A DNA stretch of 64,000 nucleotides from Tolypothrix carrinoi HA7290-LM1 (GCA_019358935.1 JAHHIK010000031.1:1-64000), one strand, 5' to 3'. Shown: positions 1 to 10,985, counted from the stretch's first letter. Numbers and translations: made by a program. Notes: generated by a model not told the origin, from the sequence alone.

Positions 1-410
1 CGGCTATTACCGGAACTCCATAGACAATTCCAAAGTACTCTAGCCATTCTCGAAACCTGTACCATGCAGCGTCAGATATTGACTTGGCAAGACAGTGGTT
101 TTTAATCATGTTACGCACTTTTAGGTTCTCAATCGCTACCAAGTCGCGCTTACTGGATGACGCGCTGGGCTAATTTACAAACCCAATTCGTAAGTCTGCG
201 TGACACCTTAAGATGCGACGGCGCTCTATGTGCGGACGCAGGTTCCGCACCCGCTTTTCCTCTACCTAATTTATTTCTAGCTTTGGCTCTATTCTTTCCA
301 TGTTTTTGAGTTTTAGATAAACATCGCTGTAGTCGTTTAATCTTACGTTCATCTTTCCTCAAGAACCTAGGATTATCAACTTTTTCACCGAAGCTGTTCG
401 TGTAGAAATG
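1..410 (-). pseudogene. tnpB: tnpB 3' exon (about 42-nt palindromic insertion and a frameshift near 150; truncated by window edge)
   Basis: Reads HFYTNSFGEKVDNPRFLRKDERKIKRLQR...KARNKLGR[insert]HLKVSR...VIQ*, then in a shifted frame DLVAIENLKVRNMIKNHCLAKSISDAAWYRFREWLEY (RuvC-II region). It is in frame with exon 1 across the intron. Confidence 0.85.
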
Positions 411-3013
411 GTTAACCTAAGTATGGGAGTTGCCCCCCATACTCGGCTCCAAAACCGTGCTTGATATTTTCACATCACACGGCTCCTCAGTGTATGGCTA
501 GCGCATGCAGCTTGCGCCATCCCCTTTTTGCAGGAATTTTACTTTTGACTTTATTCACCCATTCGTCATATTCTTTTCCTTTTAAGGAATGGAGTTGGTC
601 GTGACAATGTAGGTGAAGTAATGCCATATTCTCATCTGAGTTGTTTCCACCTTTTCCTTTCGGGTTTAGATGGTGTTTTTCCAGATTATCTTCTGGCATG
701 AATTTGAGTCCGCAATACGCACAATCCCCTTTTTGCCTTTCAAATAACCTGGCTTTTTGAGGTTCGAGGACTTTATAATTGTCCCCGATGCGCGTACTCC
801 AATATGCCCAATCGCCGTCGTATGGAGAGCGGGTTCCCTCCACTTTTACCCATTTAACACTTGCTGGAAATTCTGGGTGTTTGAGTAAAACGAGGGGGTT
901 TTTTCCCGACCTGGATGTGCTGAAACTCCAGTTATCGCCTTTGACGTTTCTAAAGTATTTTCTGCTAATCCAGTTTCTATTCTTATTAGGATGACGACTT
1001 TTTGCCCATCTCCAGAGTTTGTTCCACATTAGGTTCTTGACTTTTCCGAATGTGACTTTGGAGTGCCAGGGAGATTGGTAGTTACACCATCCCCTGATGA
1101 TTGGATTTAACTTTGTTATCATGCCTGCAACGCAGTCACCTTTAAAGTGGTCAATCCAATTAACTAGCTCTTGGTAGTGGGCTTTTATCTTTTCTGGGCT
1201 TGGCTTGATGATGGTTTTAAAACCTAGTTTTTCCTTGGAGTTAGGGGATTTTCCTGAGTGGTGTTTACCAACTTTATATTGTCGGATATTGAACCCCAGG
1301 AAATTGAAGCCTGGTGACTCTTTTCCTAACTCATTGAGAGAATGAGCTAGTCGGGTTTTACTGGGTTTGAGTTCTAATCCGATGTCTTTTAGCCACAAAG
1401 CTATTATTTCCTGACATCTTTGAACGATGGATAGTTCTTCGCATAGAATCACGAAATCGTCTGCGTAGCGAATGAGTCTTGGGACTCCAATCTGGCGTTT
1501 GAAGGTTTTGAAACCTCCAATCCACCGACCTTTTTTATCGCTTGGGAATTCGTTTTCTATGCAGGCTTCCATTCCGTGTAAGGCTATGTTTGCCAACAAA
1601 GGAGATATAACTCCACCCTGTGGCGTTCCCTCTGATGTCGGGTCATATCCTTTCCGTCCTGCCCAAGAGCTAAAGTCTATAACTCCCGCCTTGAGCCACG
1701 CTTTAATTTGGCGTTTAAAGGCAGGAAAGGTATTTAATTTTTCCAGTAGCTTTGTGTGGCTAATCTTGTCGAAGCACTTCGCAATATCCGCATCAAGCAC
1801 GTATTTTGACTTTTTGTTGATACTGTTAAATATTGCAGCGACAGCATCGTGACATGACCTCCCTGGTCTAAAACCATAACTGTTTGGCTCAAAAACTGCC
1901 TCCCATTCTGGTTCTAGAGCTAGTTTTAGTAGCATTTGCTTCGCTCTATCCTGTATGGTTGGGATTCCTAGAGGTCGCATTTCCTTCTTACCCGGTTTGG
2001 GTATCCAAACTCGGCGTACAGGTTTTGCTTTCCCGTCTATTTTCAGGTTTTCTATTAGCTCAAACCGTTCCTTTGGGGATAGGGATTTTACCCCATCTAC
2101 TCCTGCGGTTTTCTTGCCCTTGTTTTCCTGTGTCACCCTTCTGGTGGCTAGTAGCTTTGCATACCAGGATTTAGCCATCATCTTCTGGAGCTTGCGGACA
2201 AGCTTTTTGTCCCCACTTTTTGAGGCGCGATAAATTCTATGAGTGAGCTTAAATACCCGTCGCTCAATCTTTTTCCAGTTTAGTTCACGCCAGTTTAACG
2301 TGACGTTTTCACAGACCAAGACTGGTGTATCGTCGGATAGCCATTCCAACCTCTCAAATTTATTCAATTCAAGGGCATTAGACATATATACTCTTACTTT
2401 AAGAACGTATCTTCCATACAGCAGGTGGACTTTCGGCTTATCCAATGTCCATTACAGACAGGCTTTTGCTTATTTCCACATCCCTGACAGGGGTGATTTC
2501 TTACGCGAGTCACTGCTCTGGGATTCGACTTATCCAAGAGAACCCTCCCCCGTCTTGACTCGTTCCTGTCTACCGTTGTTACTAACTTTAGGGTCTTCCA
2601 CTCCACCGGATTTTGGTTTGTGTCGATAGTCAATTGAATAGTTGCTATCTACCATTCTCTTGAGCATGTTTCGCTCCCTGCGTAACAGCCAGATTTCGCA
2701 GGTTCGTAGTAACGATGGTTTAACGGAAGTTCATTTTCATTACCCATAGTCAAATGCTCCCAGCGTCACCACTTTAGGCTTGTAGCTTATCTGGTTTTCC
2801 CCCAGCTTCGATTCTGGCGTATCCTATACTCTCCATAGTCGTGAGGGATGCTGTCACTCGGACACTGCGAGGGATGGACTTTCACCATCACGGATAGACA
2901 AGTTTTCTTGGTTTCAGGAGATTTCTAGGGTACTTCCTCCTTTCCCTATTGACGGTGGGTTACACCGTGAGGGGAGTTTTGGGACTAACCCTGGCTTCCC
3001 CAACGAGCCGCAC
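411..3013 (-). mobile_element. Group II intron (2603 nt) with internal RT ORF
   Basis: 5' end GTGCG at 3013. Domain V GAGCCGTGTGATGTGAAAATATCAAGCACGGTTTT lies at about 485-451, followed by a domain VI hairpin ending AAC at 411. Removal rejoins tnpB GLDVGLN|HFYTNS in frame. Confidence 0.93.
487..2385 (-). CDS. ltrA: Group II intron reverse transcriptase/maturase with C-terminal HNH endonuclease
   Basis: N-terminal WKKIERRVFKL..RIYRAS, TAGVDG, RPLGIPTIQDRA, GFRPGRS, GTPQGGVISPLLANI, YADD, maturase LNPIIRGWCNY, and CAYC...HH...GG...N..LLHLHCHDQLH. Start taken at the MSNALE ATG; the ORF is open to 2445. Confidence 0.95.
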   Translation of the reverse strand: MSNALELNKFERLEWLSDDTPVLVCENVTLNWRELNWKKIERRVFKLTHRIYRASKSGDKKLVRKLQKMMAKSWYAKLLATRRVTQENKGKKTAGVDGVKSLSPKERFELIENLKIDGKAKPVRRVWIPKPGKKEMRPLGIPTIQDRAKQMLLKLALEPEWEAVFEPNSYGFRPGRSCHDAVAAIFNSINKKSKYVLDADIAKCFDKISHTKLLEKLNTFPAFKRQIKAWLKAGVIDFSSWAGRKGYDPTSEGTPQGGVISPLLANIALHGMEACIENEFPSDKKGRWIGGFKTFKRQIGVPRLIRYADDFVILCEELSIVQRCQEIIALWLKDIGLELKPSKTRLAHSLNELGKESPGFNFLGFNIRQYKVGKHHSGKSPNSKEKLGFKTIIKPSPEKIKAHYQELVNWIDHFKGDCVAGMITKLNPIIRGWCNYQSPWHSKVTFGKVKNLMWNKLWRWAKSRHPNKNRNWISRKYFRNVKGDNWSFSTSRSGKNPLVLLKHPEFPASVKWVKVEGTRSPYDGDWAYWSTRIGDNYKVLEPQKARLFERQKGDCAYCGLKFMPEDNLEKHHLNPKGKGGNNSDENMALLHLHCHDQLHSLKGKEYDEWVNKVKSKIPAKRGWRKLHALAIH

Positions 3014-3596
3014 ATTTAAACCTACATCCAAGCCAATTTGTCTTTGAGTTAGTTCTTTATTCTCCTCTCGCTTGTGGTCAATCAAAAACTGCGCGTAATA
3101 GCCATCATGTCGCCTAACAACTCTGATTCGTTTAATTTGGTCAAGTTGGTAATAGTGCAGGTTTCTAGTTCCCCAAAGCTTAAATACACCAGCTTTAAAG
3201 CCATCTGTGAATTCTAGATAGCGCTTATCAACTGATAGCTTCCATCCAGAAACTTTATATTCCACCGACGCTCTAAGAAGCTGTTTCTTGAAATTGGGAA
3301 AACCAATATAACCCTTAACTTGAGAAGAGCAGTTACGGTAGAACCTCGATTGGGCCTGCCCAAGCCCTTTCGGCATGGGCTTGTCGTGCTTGAGAGTTTA
3401 GCAGCCGTGCCCAAGGAAACTCTGCGTTGTCGGCTAAAACTTTGCAGTATTTGTATGCGTCATTGCGACTTTTGACTAATCCATCTATCCAAGCCCGAAT
3501 AATAGAATTTCGCACAAAAAGACCAGTACGGATGGCGTTGTCTAGCCGCTCGTACTGGCTTTTGGTTCCTTCTAATTTGGACTCGTAGATAATCAT
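3014..3596 (-). pseudogene. tnpB: tnpB RNA-guided endonuclease, 5' exon (frameshift near 3350-3360)
   Basis: MIIYESKLEG...LNSQARQAHAERAW, then a frame change to SRFYRNC...GFPNFKK...SVEYKVSGWKLS...RVVRRHDGYYAQF...IGLDVGLN (RuvC-I motif), ending at the intron 5' GTGCG. Confidence 0.85.
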
Positions 3597-3679
3597 CTTA
3601 TCGTTATGACTTACGATAATATTGTAGCACAAGAAAGAAAAGTCGTCCTAGAAGGACGAGGCTTTTACCCATTTTTTCG

Positions 3680-6600
3680 GTAAAAATGCCAGTTTGAATG
3701 TTGGTGGCTCATTTCTGGCAAGTACAGCTAGTAGTCTGAAATTTGCTGATGGTTTTGAGTTTAGTGCAACTGCTCGACAAAGCACACCCTTGCTAACCAT
3801 CAGCGTTCCCATTGGTTTGCAATTTGGAGCGAATCCGGGAAGCATCCAAAATCAATCTGTTGCAACTAATAGTAACGGTGAAAGTGTTGGTCTTCAAGTC
3901 GAGCCAGGAAAAACCTTAGCCTTGGTGGGTGGTGAGGTGAGATTGGATGGTGGGTTGTTGCAAGCTGCAAATGGTCGAGTCGAGTTGGCAGGAGTAGCTG
4001 GTTCAGGAACGGTAAATCTTCAAGTTAATAATAACAATCTTTCCTTAAGTTTTCCTGTAGATATACCAAGAGCAGATGTATCCCTATTAAACGCTGCTAA
4101 AGTTGATGTGACTGGTAATGGTGCGGGTAGTGTAGGAATTACAGCCCGTTCCATTGATATTTTGGGAGGTAGCAAGATTTCTGCTGGATTAAACAAAGAA
4201 GCGGGAATTGCCTCTGTGCCAGGAAATATTACGCTCAATGCTACAGGGGTAGTAACAATCGATCAATTGAGCAGAATAACCAATATGAGTGCTCTTGGTA
4301 CTACGGCTAATGCGGGTAACATCAGTATTCAAGCAGGTGATATTTTCGTCGATAATCGGGCTACTGTTCCCGATGGAAATGAGATTTTTGCAGCACTAGA
4401 TACAAGTAGCAATGGACAGGGACGTGCCGGAAATGTATCACTCTCTGCTACTTTTGAAATTACTTTAATTGGGGAGAGTGCCAACATTCAGGATAAAGTG
4501 ATATCTACCTACGGCAGCCAAGGACTCGGAGGTGGAGATATATCACTCTCTGCTGCTGGCTCTATTTTATTATCCAATGCTTATCTGCTAGCTGGCGGTG
4601 GAAAAGCAAATGGGGGAAACATATCACTACTTGGTAACAATGTATCCATAACTGATAATAGCTCGTTAATAACCGGAACTGGTGGAGGAAATGCAGGAAA
4701 TATTACAATCAAATCGCCTGGTAATGTCTCTATCAAACGTAGCTTGGTTTCGACTAACGTTGGTAGCGATCTCAAAGTTAATGCTGGTGATATCAACATA
4801 AGCGGACGTTCTGTTTCTGTAACTGAGGGGGCAGAATTAACAGCTAGATTGTCTAGGGGTAGTGGAAAAGCCGGAAATATTTCGATTAACGCTGTTGATA
4901 AAGTGGAAATATCAGGCAACGATCCATTTCATAAGATGGGTGGCGATCCACTAAAAGCGACTTCGGGGGCGGTGATATCATGGTTAATGCCAAAGTCGTT
5001 GAGCTTTTTGATGGCGGACAAATTCTCACGACTGCTCGAAGTAGGGGTAATGCGGGTAACATCTTCCTTAAGGTACGTGACAATATCGTGTTATCAGGCA
5101 CTAACCCAAATTATGCCGACGATCCACCTAGATTTAACAGAAGAGTGGAAGCAGTTAGCGCTAGTAGTGGTTTATTTGCAAATACTGAAGCTGGAAGTTC
5201 AGGTAATGGTGGCACTATAGAAATTAACTCAACCATCCTTAGCATTAATAACAAAGCAAGTATTGGAATTAATAGTTCAGGTCAAGGTAGTGCTGGAGGA
5301 TTTTTAAACATAAATGCTGGTGATTCAATTACTCTTGCCAATGGCTTTATTACCAGTGGCTTGGGTAGTCAGGCAATCGGTCAGGGAGGTGAAATCAATC
5401 TGAATGCTGGTGAGCTCTCTCTCACCAATAACAGTCAAATTACTGCTCAAAGTGGGGGAACAGGTAATGCAGGCAACATTAATATTGATGCTTCAACTTT
5501 TGATGCAGTTAGTGGGGGCAAATTACTAACCACCACATCTGGTAGTGGAAATGCCGGAAATATTAGTGTTAATGTAGGCGATCGCTTTTCCCTATCCGTA
5601 CAGGTACTGGTTTACTTGCAAATACTGCTTTTGTCAGTTCCGGCAATGGCGGCAGTATAGAAATTAACTCAACCATCCTTAGCATTAATAATGGCGCAAG
5701 TATTGGAATTAATAGTTCAGGTCAAGGTAGTGCCGGAAGATTTTTAAACATAAATGCTGGTGATTCAATTACTCTTGCCAATGGCTTTATTACCAGTGGC
5801 TTGGGTAGTCAGGCAATCGGTCAGGGAGGTGAAATCAATCTGAATGCTGGTGAGCTCTCTCTCACTAATAACAGTCAAATTACTGCTCAAAGTGGGGGAA
5901 CAGGTAATGCAGGCAACATTAATATTGATGCTTCAACTTTTGATGCAGTTAGTGGGGGCAAACTACAAACCACCACATTTGGTAGTGGAAATGCCGGAAA
6001 TATTAATGTTAATGTAGGCGATCGCTTCTCCCTTTCTGGTACAGGTACTGGTTTATTTGCAAATACTGAAGCAGGAAGTTCAGGTAATGGTGGCAGTATT
6101 TTCATCGACCCCAGAACTGTGGTAATTGAAAATGGCGCAGGAGTGACTGTAGGCAGTCAAGGCACTGGAATTGGTGGTAACATTCAGATTCAAGCAGACA
6201 GTTTGAAGTTAGATAACGCAGCTTTTCTATCAGCAGAAACCGCTAGCACCCTTGGTGGTAACATTGAAATTCAAAATGAGGGCTTGCTGCTTTTACGCCG
6301 CAACAGTCAGATATCTACCAATGCAGGCAGAGGACAAGGTGGTGGAGACGGGGGTAATATCACCATCAATTCTCCCAATGGCTTCATCGTCGCCGTACCT
6401 AATGAAGATAGCGACATCAGCGCCAATGCTTTCACCGGTTCTGGAGGTAGAGTTAATATTACAGCAACTGGGATTTATGGCATTGAGTCTCGCCCACGCC
6501 CAACTGACTTAAGTGACATTACTGCTAGTTCTACTCTTGGGGTACAAGGCACTATAGAAATCAACACGCCCTATGTTGACCCCAGCAGGGGGTTATTGCA

Positions 6601-6940
6601 ACTGCCCGCAGGTGTAGTAAATACCCCAGCACTAATTGCCTCTAACTGTAGCGCATTTGACGAGGAAGGTGCTACCTTCCTCGTTACCGGACGCGGTGGT
6701 TTACCCCCCAGTCCTGACGATTTCCTTAGTAATGACGTTGTTTGGACTGATACTCGCCTGAGCGCGACTACAACACAAAATCCATCCCGGACACCTGCGG
6801 CTAAACTAAGCATACCAAAAGTGGAAATTGTACCTGCTACGGGTTGGGTGTTTAATGGTAAAGGGGAGGTAACGCTTATCTCTTCAGCGTCTGACGCTAC
6901 AGCTAGTGTGTCTGTTCCTACTTGCGCCAACAAAGAGTGA
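3680..6940 (+). pseudogene. Filamentous haemagglutinin-family (TPS-like) exoprotein, IS-interrupted and frameshifted (near 4960 and 5595)
   Basis: Three consecutive ORF pieces (3694-5220, 4980-5660, 5801-6940) carry GNAGNI beta-helix repeats and the conserved C-terminus (SDISANAFTGSGGRV...TGRGGLPPSPDD...PATGWVFNGKGEVTL). The N-terminus is cut off by the IS. Confidence 0.85.
5200..6080 (+). repeat. Near-identical tandem duplication (about 440-bp period) inside the haemagglutinin pseudogene
   Basis: AAATTAACTCAACCATCCTTAGCATTAATA occurs at 5221 and 5661, and the following sequence is nearly identical. Confidence 0.9.
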
Positions 6941-7404
6941 AAAGCGCAGAGTTCATTTATCGATTTTTGCTCGTAAGTCTAATAACAGCGGTCTTAACGA
7001 CAAATTAAATGTTGCTTGTAACTGTTTGAATGTTAAGAACGATCGCACTTATGTTGGTAACGACAACTTCTGCATTTATAATGAGAGCGCATGAAGTGCT
7101 TTGTAACTGGTGAGCCGATACTAACGACAGTTTGCTGTGTAATTACTTTGGCTCAATTTGATTGAGACACAACAAGCCTTAACTCAACTGGAAGCGGATG
7201 TAAGCGATCGCAAATCTATTTATTTCATTTTTAAAAGAAGCGCGATCGCTTCCAGCGGGGCGAAAGCCCATCGCACTTAAACCTATATCAAATTTCACGC
7301 GCAGTTATTAATATTCTTGGCAAAAATAAAAAAATCTGACATTCCTGTGGTTTACTCATTAAGAGTGTAATGAAGTAAACACCGCAATACTTGGAGGGAG
7401 TGCA

Positions 7405-10400
7405 ATGTCCGGCTTTGGAATTACTAGTTGGAGCGCTTTGTTAGGTATTGCGATTGTGTTATGTGGAAATTACGCTAATGCTCAAATTACACCAGATGGC
7501 ACTCTTCCCAATAATTCCAACATTAGTAAGATAGGCAACACCTTTAACATCACACAAGGAACGCAAGCTGGAAGTAACTTATTTCACAGTTTCCAACAAT
7601 TTTCTGTCCCTACTAGTGGCACTGCTTTCTTCAACAATGCTCTTGACATTCAAAACATTATTAGTCGGGTAACAGGTGGGTCAATCTCTAATATTGATGG
7701 TTTGATTCGTGCTAACGGTGCGGCTAACCTATTTTTAATCAACCCGTCGGGGATTGTTTTCGGACCTAATGCCCGTTTGAATGTTGGCGGTTCAATTCTA
7801 GCAAGTACAGCTAGTAGTTTCAACTTTGCTGATGGTACTACATTTAGTGCTACTGCGCCGAAATCAACACCTTTGCTGACTATTAGCGTTCCGATTGGTT
7901 TGCAATTTGGACAGAATCCGGCAAATATCCAACTGCAAGGATCTATATTACAAGGCGCACCTAATAAAACCTTAGGTCTTGTAGGCGGGAATTTAAGCTT
8001 AGATAATAGTATTTTACAAATTCCAGGCGGTCGAGTGGAGTTGGGCAGTGTCGGAAACAGCGGTACTGTTGGACTGAATGTTAATGGCAGTGACCTGAGT
8101 TTGAATTTTCCCAATGGAATAGGCAAGCAAGACGTATCTTTAAGTAATCGAACTAATGTCAATGTACTTGCAGGCGGAGGTGGTAGTATTGCCATCAATG
8201 CTCGCAATTTGAATATTTCTGGAGCCGGTACAGAAATACGAGCCGGTATAGCGTCAGAGTTGGGTTCACCCCAAAGCAAAGCAGGAAATATAGAAATTAA
8301 TGCAACAGAGGCGATAATTGACGATGGGAGTCTTGTATCCAATGCGATACAAGCTAATGCTGTAGGTCAGGGAAGCGACATCATCATCAAAACTGGGTCG
8401 CTCAAAGTCAGCAACGGTGCGAGGATTGAAACTAGTTCCTTTGGTCAGGGGAATGCAGGGAATCTTCTGATTGATGCTCAAGGGCAAGTTAGTTTCATTA
8501 ATCGAGCTTTAGGTTTCACCACTTTAGAAGCAACAGGTGTGGGCAATGGTGGTAATTTACAAATTCAGGCTGGGTCTGTATTAGTTACAAATAACTCCCG
8601 ATTAAGAGCTAGCACTTTGGGTCTAGGGAATTCAGGCAATGTGATTATTAATGCCCGTGATACTGCCGAGTTTACCGATGGAGCCTTTGTCTTTAGCCAA
8701 GTAGAAGCAGGAGGTATCGGTAATGGTGGTGAAACGAGTATAACCACAGGTTCTCTCTCAGTAACCAATGGTGCTATTTTGACTGCGAGTACTGTTGGCA
8801 AGGGGGATGCAGGTAGAATAAATATAGAAGCCCGCGATACGGCATCTTTTAATAGAGGTGGTGCAGCCTTTACGACTGTAGAAGCAGACGGGATCGGTAA
8901 TGGGAATGATCTGCGAATTAGGGCTAGGTCGCTTTCTGTTACCGATGGATCTTTTTTGACAGCAAATACCTTGGGTCGAGGAAATGCAGGCAATGTGATT
9001 ATTGAAGCAGGTGATGTCCTGTTTGATAGAGGGAGTGCCACAAGTAGCGTGGGATTACAGGGGTTTGGCGTAGGGGAAGGCAATGGTGGTACGATTAGCA
9101 TTTCCACCGGCTCACTGCAACTGGCTAATCAGGCTCAATTGCTTGTCAACAGCTATGGCAGAGAAGGAAATGCAGGTAATATTAACATAAATGCCCGTGA
9201 TACCGTCTCCTTATCTGACCAGAGTTTTATCTTCAGCCAGCTAGGAGGAGGAATACGAGGCGCTGCGGGTAACATCGACATTAGCACAGGCTCGCTTCAG
9301 GTTGCTAGCGGCTCGGTTATCAGTACTGACACTTTTGGAAATGGGAATGGCGGTAATATCACGATAAAAGCACGAGATGCTGTCTCCTTTTTGACTGAGG
9401 GAGGAGCTTACAGTCTTGTGCAATTAGGGGCAATTGGTAATGGTGGTGATATCAACATTAGTACCGGCTCATTAAATACTGCTGATGGGTCTTTTTTAGC
9501 AGCTAGCACCTTAGGAAGCGGAAATTCAGGCAATGTCAGGATTACAGCCACTGATTCTATTTCTTTAGAAGGAGTGAATCGAAATAAATTTCCTGGTGGG
9601 ATTTACAGCGAAGTCGCAATAGGAGAATCAGGTGAGGGGGGCAACATTGATATCAAGACGCGATCGCTCACAGTCAAAAATGGCGCTCGTTTAGCTACAG
9701 ATACCGATGGTAGAGGAGATGCAGGCAGTATAAATATTGATGCGACTGATTTTGTCACTTTTGATGGCATTGGTAGCAATCAGCTGATAAGTGGTGCATA
9801 CAGCCAAGTCTCTCCAAATGGAAGAGGCAATGCTAACAATATCAACATTACTACCAGAAATCTGTCCTTAAGTAATGGCGCTATATTAACTGCCGGTACT
9901 CGTGGACAAGGAAATGCAGCCACGATTAATATTAATGCCACTGACTCTGTAACGATTTCTGGGACTGCTTCCAGTAGAAGTAACACTCTTGTTGGTGAAA
10001 GTACAGCAATTCCCAGTGATATTAGTGGTGTGTTTGTTCAATCAGAAAGTACAGGAAGGGCAGGAGATATTATAGTTACCTCTCCAAAAATTAACTTGGA
10101 CAACCAAGGAAGGTTGATTGCAAAATCTGAATCAGGTAATGGTGGCAATATCAACTTACAAGTAGGAGACTTACTGCTGCTGCGTGGTGGCAGTCAAATC
10201 TCTACTAACGCAGGTACTGCACGACAAGGTGGAGACGGTGGTAATATCATTATTGATGCCCCCAATGGCTTTATCGTCGCCGTACCTAATGAAAATAGCG
10301 ACATCACCGCCAATGCTTTTACAGGTTCTGGAGGTAGAGTTAATATTACAGTAAGTGGAATTTATGGCATTGAGTCTCGTCCACGCCCAACTGACTTAAG

Positions 10401-10824
10401 TGACATTACTGCTAGTTCTGAACTTGGGGTACAAGGTACTATTGAAATCAACACGCCCAATGTTGACCCGAATCGAGGATTATTGCAACTGACCACAGGT
10501 TTGGTAAATACTCCAAGGCTGGTTGACTCTAGCTGTGCCGCTTTTGACAAGAATGGTAGCGAATTTATTGTCACCGGACGCGGTGGTTTACCTCTTAGCC
10601 CTGACGATTTTCTTAGCAGTGACGTTGTTTGGACAGATTCTCGCCTAAGTGCCGCTACTGCACAAAATCAATCTCGGACACCTGCGGCTAAACTAAGCAT
10701 ACCAAAAGCTGTGGAAATTGTCCCTGCTACAGGTTGGGTGTTTAATGGTAAAGGGGAAGTAACGCTTATTTCTTCTGCGTCTGTTGCTAATAGTTTGGTG
10801 TCTGTTCCTAGTTGCGCTAAATAG
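7405..10824 (+). CDS. Filamentous haemagglutinin N-terminal (TPS/haemagglutination activity) domain exoprotein, intact
   Basis: Signal peptide ending ANA|QITPDGTL, NLFHSFQQFSVP, NIISRVTGG, LFLINPSGIVFG, many GNAGNI repeats, conserved cyanobacterial C-terminus. GGAGGGAG RBS upstream. Confidence 0.92.
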   Translation: MSGFGITSWSALLGIAIVLCGNYANAQITPDGTLPNNSNISKIGNTFNITQGTQAGSNLFHSFQQFSVPTSGTAFFNNALDIQNIISRVTGGSISNIDGLIRANGAANLFLINPSGIVFGPNARLNVGGSILASTASSFNFADGTTFSATAPKSTPLLTISVPIGLQFGQNPANIQLQGSILQGAPNKTLGLVGGNLSLDNSILQIPGGRVELGSVGNSGTVGLNVNGSDLSLNFPNGIGKQDVSLSNRTNVNVLAGGGGSIAINARNLNISGAGTEIRAGIASELGSPQSKAGNIEINATEAIIDDGSLVSNAIQANAVGQGSDIIIKTGSLKVSNGARIETSSFGQGNAGNLLIDAQGQVSFINRALGFTTLEATGVGNGGNLQIQAGSVLVTNNSRLRASTLGLGNSGNVIINARDTAEFTDGAFVFSQVEAGGIGNGGETSITTGSLSVTNGAILTASTVGKGDAGRINIEARDTASFNRGGAAFTTVEADGIGNGNDLRIRARSLSVTDGSFLTANTLGRGNAGNVIIEAGDVLFDRGSATSSVGLQGFGVGEGNGGTISISTGSLQLANQAQLLVNSYGREGNAGNININARDTVSLSDQSFIFSQLGGGIRGAAGNIDISTGSLQVASGSVISTDTFGNGNGGNITIKARDAVSFLTEGGAYSLVQLGAIGNGGDINISTGSLNTADGSFLAASTLGSGNSGNVRITATDSISLEGVNRNKFPGGIYSEVAIGESGEGGNIDIKTRSLTVKNGARLATDTDGRGDAGSINIDATDFVTFDGIGSNQLISGAYSQVSPNGRGNANNINITTRNLSLSNGAILTAGTRGQGNAATININATDSVTISGTASSRSNTLVGESTAIPSDISGVFVQSESTGRAGDIIVTSPKINLDNQGRLIAKSESGNGGNINLQVGDLLLLRGGSQISTNAGTARQGGDGGNIIIDAPNGFIVAVPNENSDITANAFTGSGGRVNITVSGIYGIESRPRPTDLSDITASSELGVQGTIEINTPNVDPNRGLLQLTTGLVNTPRLVDSSCAAFDKNGSEFIVTGRGGLPLSPDDFLSSDVVWTDSRLSAATAQNQSRTPAAKLSIPKAVEIVPATGWVFNGKGEVTLISSASVANSLVSVPSCAK

Positions 10825-10985
10825 TGAAAAGCGTAGAGAAAATGTGGATTGCAGCTTTCGCTTTTCTCCTGATTTCATTTTTGCTATATATTCCGAATAC
10901 TAAAGCGATCGCCGAAGCTGTTAAATCCGCTTTGATAGATTATCGACCCACACAACTTAATTAAGCACAATCAGTACAAAACATA

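Larger units (their letters stand above)
1..3679 (-). mobile_element. IS200/IS605-family (IS1341-like, tnpB-only) insertion sequence; runs off the window start
   Basis: On the minus strand TTAC (3683-3680) is followed by CGAAAAAATGGGTAAAAGCCTCGTCCTTCTAGGACGACTTTT, a subterminal hairpin resembling cyanobacterial IS605-group left ends. The tnpB ATG is about 80 bp further, leaving no room for tnpA. Host haemagglutinin coding sequence resumes at the junction (GKNASLNVGGSFLAST). Confidence 0.8.

Noticed and set aside
487..2445. RT as a retron, DGR, CRISPR-associated or defence RT
   Set aside because: The maturase and HNH domains plus the flanking GTGCG start and domain V/VI structure identify an ordinary group II intron protein.
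5200..6080. The 440-bp duplication as a DGR template/variable repeat pair near an RT
   Set aside because: It is an adjacent tandem coding duplication, its differences are not confined to adenines, and the RT is intron-type.
6945..7230. Possible gene fragment or ncRNA between the haemagglutinin genes
   Set aside because: Only short open stretches, with no family or structure I can support.
7650..10574. Long antisense ORFs within the haemagglutinin gene (similarly within the WD40 repeats)
   Set aside because: Shadow ORFs caused by codon bias of repetitive sense-strand proteins.
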